From Sphyrna mokarran (taxonomy: Eukaryota), in NCBI GenBank assembly GCA_024679065.1, contig JAGIQG010000013.1, forward strand, positions 46,872,001 through 46,936,000: a stretch of 64,000 nt of DNA. The letters run 5' to 3'. A program made the position numbers and the translations under genes. Shown piece after piece: positions 52,690 through 64,000 of this stretch. The first letter of the stretch is position 1, and each line of letters opens with the position of its first letter. The notes below the pieces were generated by a model that made no database searches, was not told the DNA's origin, and worked only from the letters and a program-made list of their open reading frames with translations.

Positions 52690-53330
52690 TGAATTGCTTC
52701 CTTCCAGGACTTCACTGTCGTCAAGATCCACACCTCTTTGGAGGGCCACATTATGTGTAATATACCATAATGACATCAACACTATAGAGTAGTAGAGTGC
52801 ATTAACTATTCAAGATGCGGCAATGGCATCTTGAGAAGCCTAATTCCTATAGAATGGTTGCCCTGTTGAGCAGGTGGCACTGATTTTATGACCTGTGCTG
52901 GGGCTTCTGTAGATAAGTAGCCATATCTTCAAAGAATTTCCCTTGTCGCTGAAGATCCGTCCACATATCTTAGAAAATTGAGTGAGATCTGAAGTAATCT
53001 TGGTGATGGGGGATGACAGAGTCATGGCAGCTGCCAGGAAAGTAAGCACAGTCATGCAAGAAGCATTTGTTCTGGTTAAATGATCAGTTGTACATTGAGG
53101 GAGTGAAAACTCTTCCTATTGATGTATCCCCCTGGCCAGTCACTGAGTATCTTGATGGTCACACAGCTGCAAACGCACATGGTGCACCTAGAGGAATCCA
53201 AAAGGAGGCAAAACCAAAATTTGTTCAGTCTGTACACAAGATATGTTTGTCAGCCTATGAACATGTTGTCCAGCTCTGGCAAAGATGGCATCAATGACCT
53301 GTGAGATGCAGTGGTAAGCCATTGTTTTTG
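52690..53330 (-). pseudogene. Decayed Harbinger (HARBI1-like) DDE transposase
   Basis: Minus translation AYHCISQVIDAIFARAG, YINRKSFHSLNVQL, CAYFPGSCHDS, IFSDKGNSLKIWL, LHNVALQRG; stops and frameshifts. Confidence 0.88.
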
Positions 53331-53654
53331 ACATCCATCAAGTTCACAACTGATCCTAAGGAAAAAGAAGTCAGAAACAAAGATGTTCAAGATTACAATG
53401 ACTTTGATATTCACTGCAGGCCACAGTGAACAGTGCAGTCAAATCTTAGCAATAAGCAGAGAAGTTTATGGTCATCTGCCTGGATAGTCAATCTCTTGAA
53501 ATACTGTTCAGCACTGGTTATATACTTATCTTTTCAGGATGGTATACTGTTAGCCATCACAATCCAATATCATGAAGTTATCTTTTTAAACCGCTTTGCC
53601 TTGATACATCTCCCTTAAATACGGCATTTTTCTGTAAAGTTGCAACTTCAACTA

Positions 53655-53872
53655 TTCCTTTCATATCTGTTTCACTTCTAAATAAACAGAGGAACTAGAG
53701 CCTATCTAATTTCTTCTTGAAATCAGACAATGTTTTGGCTTCAACTACATTCTGTAGTCCTGAATTCCATATATTGACTACACTCTGGGAGAAGAGATTT
53801 CTTCTCTCATCAGTTCTAAAAGGTTTATCCCTTTTATTCCTTTTCCTTTGACCCTTAGTTCTGGGCTCCCAG
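53655..53872 (-). mobile_element. CR1 LINE 3' fragment
   Basis: ORF piece PFRTDERRNLFSQSVVNIWNSGLQNVVEAKTLSDFKKKLDR. Confidence 0.85.
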
Positions 53873-54139
53873 TTGTGCCATCTCTGGCCATTGATCATGT
53901 TTGCCATCTGGCCTCTTCCTCTCCTGTGCTCTCATGGTGCCCTGTAAAAGGTGTTGCCCCTCGTTAACATAAAACTCCAAATCTGACTGATGTTCCCAGC
54001 TGGAGCTTTCCTTAGGACTTGTGATTACCTAATTGTCCTCAGCAGTTCTTCTGCTCGTACAAATGTCAGGGGACGTCAACCCCATTGAAATCCTAGATGT
54101 TGAATGGGTCAATATGGGCCAAAGTATTTTCAATTCTTA

Positions 54140-54290
54140 AAATTCCTTCAATACAAGTGACGTTGGCAAAGTCAACATTTGTTGCCAAATCTCAAACAAG
54201 TTGAGATTTCTGAAGGTGAGGAGCCCTCATCCTGAGCTGATGCTGCATTCATTGTATACATACATTCACTGTGATGTTAATGAGGGATAT
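54140..54290 (-). mobile_element. L2/CR1-like LINE tail, decayed
   Basis: gtgacgttggcaaagtcaacatttgttgcca..gaaggtgaggagcc. Confidence 0.45.
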
Positions 54291-55506
54291 AGTAAATAGC
54301 ATCTTCAATAGTGCAGCATTCCCTCAAAACTGCAAATGGTCAACCCTGGATGAATTAATTCTGTTGGAGAAAATAACAGCTCCATCCAAATATTTGTGTG
54401 TTGAAAGAACAGGTGAAAATCAATGCAAACTGTATATGGTACATCAGGAGTTTAAATGCTTTGTATCAATGATTGAAGTGACTTTATGCCAAAGACATCA
54501 TTCACTCTCAATGAGCTGGGACAGGCTCTTGAAGAAAGAGATAAAGCCTAGTTATGCATTCTAACAAGTACAAATACAGCAGCATAGTTAGTTGAAGACT
54601 TTTTATGAAATCTAAAAAAATTAATGCAACAGAATATTCCCTTCTAGGTTTAGATGAAATGCTCAAACAACACGTTAAAGAAGTACCATTTGTTTTTGTA
54701 TCATATCTTCAGTCATTGAAGATTTTTTTCATGCTGTCAAGCAAATGAAAATCAAATAAATCATTGCTTGAGGACAACATTCTAGACAGACATGTGTATC
54801 TCGAGAGATAAATGAAGGAATAAGATTAAATTTAGAGCATCTTGGGGAATTAGATGTAGAAGACAAATGGGAACAGAAAAACAAAAAAAAACTTTTTAGC
54901 TCACATCACGGGAGCATGGAATATCAGCTGTAGAATTTGAGAGAATGGCAACAAAGATGCTATCAAGGTACAGAGGCAATATTCTTTCTTATCCATCATT
55001 CAATCTGTGACAAATCATGGATCCACATTATTCTGAACTGACCATGCATGCAAACTCAAAAATGGCAATCTTTATGAATTAACAAGGCAGCAAGGTTCCA
55101 AAATAAAAATGTAACTAATCTGCAGTTAAATGATTTATGACTAAAGGAGAGCAAAAAAAAAAAGCACATCACCACACTTGAATCATACTGTTGATCAGAA
55201 ACACTGAGGAAGCTTCTCATAATATTATTTCCAAGACTATCCCATAAGAAAGCATCAAAATAAAAACATAATTCCACTAAATTCTGCAAAACACAGCAGT
55301 AAAATATCTGCTTGCTCAGTATGCAGAATATTTAATATCTTATCTTTCAACCTGAAAATTGTCTGTTGCCTGGACATAAACCACATATAGCTTTGCTTTA
55401 ATTCAAAAAGATAATTATTGACTAGAAGAGCTGCCCAATGGTACCACTGCTGCTTCTGCAGTAGAAGTTTCAAGTTCAAGTCATATCCCTGGCATGGAAA
55501 GCCAAG

Positions 55507-55905
55507 ATGTAAAGATGCCGGCGTTGGATTGGGGTGGTAAGAACTCAGTAAGAATTTAGCAACACCAATTTTTAATCCAACCGATTTATTTGATAGTAAA
55601 ATTGCGAGCTTTCGACACTGTGTCTTCCTCAGCAAATGCAGTGTTCTGGTCTGCAATAGCACACATCAGCACAGACAGTCACAGATTGCTGATTAGAATG
55701 CGAATCCTTACATCTAACCTGCTATTCAAGGGTTAAAGTGGCTAACAATGTGTGTGAAGGGAATCCTGAGCATTGGTTAGAGAATTGTGTATTTTCTCCA
55801 GACAGCACAGAAAGTGAGGTTTTTTGCCAACCCAGGCAAGTTACGGGGGTTACAGATAGTGTGTCATGAAGCCAAGATCCCTGTTAATACCGTCCTCGTG
55901 TGCGG
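55507..55905 (-). mobile_element. Penelope-like element 3' end with target-site duplication
   Basis: Minus translation HEDGINRDLGFMTHYL* (GIY-YIG C-terminus). 3' repeat ends ccaacgccggcatct; AAGCCAAG flanks at 55499-55506 and 55906-55913. Confidence 0.88.
55602..55635 (-). ncRNA. Minimal type I hammerhead ribozyme motif
   Basis: UUG-CUGAGGA-A-GACAC a GUGUC-GAAA-GCUC-GCAA: intact core, perfect stem II, AGCU palindromic stem III, CUC cleavage triplet; stem I out of register by 1 nt. Confidence 0.7.
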
Positions 55906-58900
55906 AAGCCAAGGAAGGGCCATTCATAAAATGGTCAAAGTTGATCATGAACCCCCTTCTAATGTATTTACAGTAAGCACAAAACAAAGTTTGTTCAGCC
56001 AGAATGTGCAGAAGGCAATGGCAAACTACTACAATATCTTGCCAAGCAGAAGCATGGACTAACACATGGAAGTCTATAGTTGCCAATGCTCTCTTAGGGC
56101 AGGCATCTGGCGAGAGAGAGAGCACATAGCTGCAATAAAAATGTTTGATTCAGTTATTGGCCAGTGTTAGAAAGCTTGCCATTCTTTGGTGACATAGTTA
56201 AGGGAGAAGAATTATCTTTTTCATCAATGGTAACATTTGTTTAAGTATCACAATCAATTCATCACACTTTTTGATGAATCACTAGAAACACTTCCATTTC
56301 GACTTTGGCAGAAACAAACAAAGGTATTCTACTTTGACCAAAATACATCATCTCTTCTCAGTTTACTCACACCCAGTAAGATCATTTCAACTGTTGTGTT
56401 ACTATTCTTGGGAATCAAATAATAGAGTTTAACCATTCCAATTCAAAATCTAGGCTGATACTTCTTGAACCATCCACTATATTTATTGGGCATGAACATT
56501 CTTACAGTGCAGTGGCCAACACTTTCCTCAACAAACTGCAAAATCCAATCTACTGATTTATTTGCAATTTGCAGGGCCTTATGTTAAGTGGCTGTCATGG
56601 TTACCATAGGTTCTTCGATTTTCAGCAGTAATTAATTGGTTTTGAAGAACTGGTGATATGTTCTGGTGACATAAATGAATACATGAAAGGGAGCAACTTC
56701 TCATTATGTTCTCCATTGTGAAGTGTCTTTGCTCGATTACTGTTACTCAGTCAAAGGTTGCCAATCCTTTACAAAAAATACCACTTCCTTTCCCACTATC
56801 TCAAGTATGTTGCTTCATTAGAAAAATAAAAGAAATGTCAAAAAACTTGAATTCAGAAATTATGAATCATCAATACAATCATCTGGACAATAGTACTCTT
56901 CCTTGTAAATAATGAAAACTTTCATAAAAAATTCACCTTGTCTCAACTCTCCTGCTTGCTGCATTTTATTATTATTGGCTTCAAAAATGAACCAGGTTCG
57001 TGTGAAGAGCTTACTGCATGAAATGATTCCCAAATAACTCAGTTGGCAATATCAGATCTCTGGCTTAAACCCCATTTTATTTCAAAGCTACAATATTTCA
57101 AACTTGGAGTATACTTTTCTCATTAATAGTGGAGCAGAACAACATCATTGTTAACAAATTAAAATATTCACTAAACATCTTTGCAATGAACAGCACAAGT
57201 ATGCTGAAAATAATGAGTGTTTTTTTTTCCAAAAAAGAAAATGCATCTCCTGCCTGCAAAGGGAAATAATCTCATCATGCTACACCACTATTTTAAATAT
57301 TCATCTCGTACAGGCAAAATTTGCTTCACTGGCCAGAGTGAAGTGCCAGTTCTGAGAAGTGGGAAAAATGCAAAAGGAATCTCACAATGGCAGACAACAC
57401 AGGAAGTTAATAACCTCCTCAGTGGTGTAATGGAAATGAGTCTAAGGGCAAGCTTGGGCAAAACAAAACATGAATAAATAGAAGAAACATAAGAAACATA
57501 TTCTGTGTTCATTACCCCATATACTGACTGTCAGGATTGGTGTAACAGAATACAAAGATGAAAGGCAACCCCTTACATACCATCAGCTTATATTATTGGT
57601 GATTGTATTGTATTACTTGTTCAAGTTAAGTCTTAGCTTCTTGCATGGAACGAAGACTCAACTTGCATCAATGTGAGATTAGGGCAAATTTTCAGGGTGA
57701 GAGCATCTTAGATTACAACACAAAAATACATTTGCAGTTTTGTGTATTGTTGGGCAAAATCTCGTGCATGCAACAGGGATTTCAGTCATCAACTGCACAG
57801 CAGTGAGACTGTGCCACTTAGGTACTTGCTAGGCCAGCAGCAGGATTGCCCGTAGAGTCAAAGACCCCAGGGGCAGAATAACTGCATGATAAGCTCAAAT
57901 CGGAGGGAGTGGGGTGGTGGTCAGTTCAATGGATAAAATTGGTGGTGGGATGGGAAAGCTGAACTTGGTCAGGATGTAGGTAGGATGATGGGGATCCTCT
58001 CCTTATCCTGAACCCCTCATCAAACCACATTACACTTCATCAAATGCCCCGCTACTTAATCTACTATGTGACATGGCACAGGATTCTACCATTATCACAA
58101 AAGTCACCACCAGTTCAGCAAAGCTTCCTGTAACTCAAAATTTCTAGATTCGTACAGGAGCATGGAAGCAAAGAAGTGCAGCAGGCAAGACTGATTTTGA
58201 GGGAATATGTCTGAAGACAACACAAATTTAGCGCTAGCTGCTTTTCTCACTTTGAACAAGCAAACAAAAAGCAGAGTCAGTTAACTGAAAAATCCCAAGG
58301 TACTTCATAAATGAAACACACTCAAAATGTGTGTGATTAAACTGTCAGTGAGTTATGCTGGGATACACTGATGACTTCAAATGAGGCAATATTGCAGTTT
58401 TTGCACTGCTGAAAGCTGGAATATAGTTCTTAGAATGAATTAACACAGAAGGTTGACATAATAGTTGACAAGGCTTACATTTATTAAGACTCAGAACAGT
58501 GTCATGAAATTACTATAAACACCACTGATTTCTCACAATCCAATAACCTAAAATATTAAGAAACTCTGAACTAATATTTGCAAACCAAGCAGCCAATGAC
58601 TTATTCTGTATAGGACATTCATCAGGCAGTAACTTTGTTGAGAAAACGAGATTCTATGCCAAATTCAAGATGTGTAACTCATACATGAAGAGGAAACCAA
58701 ATTAAAAGTGTGAAGTTATATTAAAAAGTATCTAGCTGGTTAGAAAATATATTTATTTAGCAGAAATCAAAATATCTTTGTGGAGCTTTTGACTTGAGTT
58801 GGAATCATAATCTTGTGCAGTAATATGCCTTGTTACTATAGGACTGACCAGGTGCCGTGGACTGCTGTTATGGGTATCCACAACACCACACTGATATTAG

Positions 58901-61900
58901 TACATCACTAGTTAATTATTGCATTTATCAACAAGGCAACAATGTAAGAATTTATTTGTAGGATATAATCAGCATCTTTAAAATTCTGTGGCATCTGAAG
59001 GCAAATGTTCACTGCAAACATTACCCAATGCAACGGTGAGAAAAAAAAAATCTGCAGTAAATCTATCCATTTATCTTGAAGATACAACTGCTAACAGCAT
59101 CTGAAACAGGGTTTTGGTCCCAGCACATGATCTTATTTTACAAGGATTATTTCAAATGAACTGATAGAGTTACAGTGGACTAGTTTCTGTCAGATCCATA
59201 CCGAGTTACAACAGTAATGTTGTGCGCTCACAAAAATCAGCATTGAATTCAAAAATAAATGCAAATCTTGAAAACAACATAAACCATTTATTTAGATCAT
59301 ATCGGTAAATTATTGAAAAAGCATATTTGCAAAATAAAAACTCAGCAGGTTTATAGGAATAAAATCAAAACAGAAGCAGCAAATCCTCAAAAGCTGTAAA
59401 AGAGTAACTGTAAGAACAAAGTACTTTATTGTTCAGAGAATGGCTGTCCCATCCTTTACTAAAATCTGGATCAAACCACCCAATTTGGCTTATTTTGACT
59501 GACATGAAATGGAATTCTTCATGAGATGCAAATTGCTCTTCAGGGTAACTGTTGTTTATTTCATGGTTTTTGGTTTCTTCTGTGGTTTATTTCACGGTTT
59601 TTAAGTCAAGGAAATCCAACATTGTAGCTTGGGGTTGGGGGGGATAAATTCTAATGTGGTGTGTGAATTCTGCACTGCATAAATTTAGAACAGTTGCTAT
59701 GTCTATAAGATACAAGCAAAGAATAATATTTATTAAGTAAATATCGTTAAGATTCTGTGAGAAACCCAAACACCCCATTATAGCTATGCTACACAATTTC
59801 ATAAAACCCATTATTGTAATTTCAGCAATGGAAGCATTAACTTAAGAATGTAATTTCACAAGACTTATGTTATAAACTCACTTCTACTTATTACTTATCC
59901 TCTCAAAAAACTTATCCTCTTCCAAAATCTTAAAAAGTGCATTCACTTGCCCCCAAGCCCAACCCAAAGATATACCTTCGACCAACTCAAAAATATGCAA
60001 CAGACCTCCAGAATTCACTCTTAATTTCTTTGATATTCCAGCTTTTTCCAATGTATAAGATTTGTGGATCTTTCAATTAGATTTTATCTAAGTGACTGTT
60101 CAATTTTCTTTAAAGATCACGTAAATGTGAACTTTTGTCCTGGCTTTGAACATACATAAACTTCTTTTTCTCTGTCTGCTCCCGCAAATTCTGTACAGCT
60201 CTTTCCAAACTAACTATTCAATCTACTTCTATCACAACTCTGTGAGGGCCTCTGCAGATTTGTTTCTCTAGCTTCAAACTGGGCAAATCTTTTCGCCCTA
60301 TTTCTCCTTTACAAATCTCAAATGAAACTTGAACCTCCATCCACATTCTGCATGGTGAACAATGAAGTTAGTAATTTCTCTGTTTAAATGCAGGTAGAAA
60401 ATTAATTTCCTATGTCTTCTCCCACTCAGTGAACTGCCCCCCACACAAGAACAAACTTGTAACTTCCTTCACCCATTCCCAAACCTGACTGCTTCTGTCT
60501 GTCAGCAGTCATGCACAAATGCATTAAACAAAATAATTTTCTAACCAAGGTTCCACTCTGAATCATTGTCTCTATGACAATGTGGCATGCTTTGAGATGG
60601 TTCAAACAGAAAAGCAAACAAATGGTTTTATCTTCAACACAATGTTTTGATTCTGCAATGCATACAAGTGATATGTTGCCAAACTCCCTGGTTCCATTAC
60701 AAAGTTAGGAGTGAATTGTTCATTGTTTATGTTTTCACATCAACTCAGACCTTGTAAGATAAACACAGTTTAGCTTTTAACCGTAATTAACTCAATTTTT
60801 TTTTGAATTGCTGTTTGTTCATCAGTTTCTCTATCAGACACCTCTATTTATTTGGTTGGAGATGAAACTTATAATTACTAAAGCTGAAAGTGATTTTCTA
60901 AAATGTATGAGTTATGAACTAGATACAATAAATATTTTCATTGAAAATTAAAAATCATTGTACCCTTATGCAGTTAAAAATATCATACCACATCATGAAT
61001 TAAAGCCACCAAAAAGAGAATTGAATATATGGTTTACAAATGATTCACAACTTGAAAGCAGCATCAAAACATCAAAGAAAGGCATTATAATTAAGTAGTC
61101 CTGAGATATACATATGAGCAGTAACCACTGTTTAGATACACTCCAGTGCATTTAGACTCTAAAATATTGTCGTCGCTCCTTAGTAGAACACCAAATTTGG
61201 CTGCTGCAGCAAAAAAAAAAAAATGGCTATACTGTCGTCAAGTTTTCACAATTTTGGACCACTTCCTATTCAAACGTGTATAGATTTGGATAGTGTGCAT
61301 AGCATGATCATAAAGACATCTGTATTTTTATTTTCCAAATGTCATTAATTCAGAATAAAATTCAAACCTTATCACTAATAAAACAATAGAAAACGTTCTA
61401 GAATCTCAAACCTGACCATATCTTTCATAAATTGAGCGCCAAAGAAAGTTCTCCAACCAGATCTGAACATTTTTTGATTCCCAAATGTGCTCAAGCATGT
61501 GTAAGTCTCTGATGTAACCAATTCTTCCATGTTTTAGTATGATCAAGTTACTTCCCCTCTAACTATTAATTGTAACTTACTGTTATTCAACATCGATGTG
61601 CTACTTTTTGAAACTTGAAGACTAATCAGCAGTGCAATATTATGCCAGTGACAATGCATTTTAGTTGTAGGTGACTAAATTCCAATAATTTTACGAACGA
61701 AAACATTGGAGTTCAAAATATTTAGCTTGTCAAAGAACAGTCGATATTTTGGGTTCAAATTTGATTTACCACAGAGAAGTTTATAAGCTAACTCAAGCAA
61801 TTCAATGAGTTAATTAGTCTCAACAGCTGGAATAAAAATAATGTTTCACTGTTAAATAAGACAACAGGATATTTTAAGCCACAATAATAGCAGATCTACT

Positions 61901-62237
61901 TGCTGATAAAATCAGTCTTGCACCTACTGGAGTCAAATTATAGCTAGGCAATTTTCTGCACAGGATCACATGTCCTGCATGGAATCAGCTTGGAACAGGT
62001 CCAGTTTTATTTGGATAATGTCCTATGTTAAGGGCTGTGGGTTTTAAACAAAAATTAAAGGCTGTGATTTGCACACGTACAAAGTAACACCAAACAGTTT
62101 TATTGAAAGACATGCTTCCTGGACAGAGTACAAAATGAAAATAAATCATGAGACTGTGAAACACCTGAAATGACATCATAAAATCATGTGAACAGTTTTA
62201 AAGTAATCATACAACTAGTTAAATGTTTCATGTTTAA

Positions 62238-62572
62238 GGGTGGCATGGTGGCACAGTGGTTAGCACTGCTGCCTCACAGCTCCAGGGATCCAATGTCAAT
62301 TTGCAGGTCAGATCGCTGTCTGTGTTGAGTTTACATGATTTTCCACGTCTGCGTGAGTTCCCTCTGATGCTCTGGTTCCACCCACAGTCCAAAGGTGTCC
62401 CTGCGGATTAGGTGCATTGGCCATCCAAATTGCCTCTTCATGTCCTGGGATGTGTAAATTGGAGGAATTACTGGGGTAAATATATGAGATTCTGCTGATA
62501 GGGTCTGGATGAGATTGTTGTTGATGCAGACTTGATGGGTTGAATGGCCTCATCTGCACTGTAGGGGCTGTA
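62238..62572 (+). mobile_element. HE1/V-SINE, full length
   Basis: gggtggcatggtggcacagtggttagcactgctgcctcacagc head through gatgggttgaatggcctcatctgcactgtagg tail. Confidence 0.92.
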
Positions 62573-62790
62573 CATTTGTATGAATTCTACAATTTGCACA
62601 GATGAATTTCTAATATATTAAAATTAATGAACTTAAAGTGTATAATAATGAGCTGAGTGGCACATAAAACATTAGCCAACAGGAGGAAGATCAGTAAATG
62701 TGTTCATAATGAATTAATTAGCCAATGAATTAAATGTAGTGAATAAAGGATAATGCTCAGTGTTTTTTTTCCTAAGCCGGCAACAACATT

Positions 62791-63069
62791 GGTCTGGATT
62801 TTGCAGTAGTAATGATGGCAGAACTGTCAGTATTCACCATCATTAATCTTCCGAAATGGACAGCAACTGCAGAAATCTACATATACACAGCTGAACGCAG
62901 AAATGCACTGTCAGTCATTCTATACTACCCTTCACTATGTGCTGTTGAAGTGTGTCCTCACGCTCAACCAAACTGACATCAAGAAACCACTGGTCTGATG
63001 AGAAATTGACTTTCAACACCATTAGTTTTGTTGCAAAAGTTTTATCTTGTTGAATGAGATGCAACTAAA
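62791..63069. mobile_element. Terminus of an old non-autonomous DNA element
   Basis: ggtctggattttgcagtagtaatgatggcagaactgtcagtattcaccatcatta with an internal hairpin (aatgatgg/ccatcatt). Confidence 0.35.
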
Positions 63070-63896
63070 TGTGACAAAACTGCGCCTTTAAGAAATACAC
63101 TTGTCATGTTTCTTGAGCAAGATCTGTTTTAGCAGCTTCTCTTTATTACCAGTGCCACTGGGTATTTCATGCAGGTATTATTTAATTGACCAACAAGGGC
63201 AACCCTCTATTGTTATTGCAGCAGCAAAATTGCTCCTAATTGCTGGAATGTTTGTTTTGATCTGTACTAATACTGTTCTGTGCTTTTTTTCCTCCCTGGG
63301 GTTTTGCAGAATAGGGCTTGATTCAGATGATTGACAGGGAACAAATGTTACTGGATGGAGCCAGACTTACACAGAGAAATCAAGTCAGAGGCTGTTTGGA
63401 GTTGTTAGAGACCAGTGCCTCTCTTCTCCTCTCTACAGACTTAGAGATTGGGATCTACCAGGAAATAAATCTCTCAGAGATCCTGCTGTTTGAAGGTGGA
63501 TCATTCTCTGCAGTTTGCTGTTTGAGTAATAGAAGACAGGTGTCTGATGGATCTTTGTGATAAAAAGCTAGAAATCTGGCATCCATGTGAGCATATATGT
63601 TTTTGGTACTAACATGAATCTATGGGGACATGTGCTTACTTTGCATCTATAGAGATTGCTAGTCGTTAAGAATTAAACCTTACATCGTTAAATATTTCCA
63701 ATTTGTAAACTTTTTTTTGTTAAATTCTAACTTGTTCTTAAATAAAGTTTGTTTTGATAAAAGCTTCCTAGTGAATCAATCGAATCATACCTAGAGCAAA
63801 ACTTTTTGTGCTCACCCTAATGCAAAATTAAAAGGAAAAATTAGGGCCCAGGCTAATTTCATGACGTATCTTGGAGTTTCTGATTTGATCCTTAAC
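63070..63896 (+). mobile_element. Solo LTR
   Basis: Starts tgtgacaaaactgcgcctttaagaa, has aataaa at about 63741, ends ttggagtttctgatttgatccttaac like recalled shark LTR ends; no internal coding. Confidence 0.55.
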
Positions 63897-63922
63897 TGAG
63901 TCTTTAAATGGTATATTAGATT

Positions 63923-64000
63923 TAGAATCATAGAAACCTTACAGTCCTTTGAGTCTGTACCAATTCTCAGAGTATCTCACAGCACTCTTCCCCAGCCTAT
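63923..64000 (-). mobile_element. HE1/V-SINE tail (continues beyond window)
   Basis: tagaatcatagaaaccttacagt..gagtctgtacc. Confidence 0.6.

Noticed and set aside
62238-62310. tRNA-like sequence
   Set aside because: It is the tRNA-derived head of an HE1 SINE, continuing into the V-domain and tail
1-64000. CRISPR array, operon or other prokaryotic/viral system
   Set aside because: No regularly spaced repeats or gene-dense segment; the content is eukaryotic repeats throughout

Overview
AT-rich, repeat-dense vertebrate DNA, almost certainly from a cartilaginous fish (shark). The taxon is inferred from HE1/V-SINEs, Deu-domain SINEs and shark-type CR1 tails. I found no intact protein-coding gene, tRNA, rRNA or CRISPR array, so the window looks intronic or intergenic. 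The recognisable ORFs in the track are pieces of decayed transposons: CR1, L2/CR1-like and RTE LINEs, several Penelope-like elements (GIY-YIG remnants), a gag-protease-only Gypsy LTR element nested in a CR1, and the two genes of Harbinger transposons plus MITEs. The most notable signal is hammerhead-ribozyme-like motifs (CUGANGA...GAAA) in several distinct Penelope-related sequence contexts, one with an intact core at 55602-55635 (- strand). Some of these motifs sit inside about 200-bp fold-back elements. A few isolated splice-flanked open segments could be host exons, but I do not recognise them. All repeat-family calls are from memory of consensus motifs, not from database searches, and boundaries are approximate.
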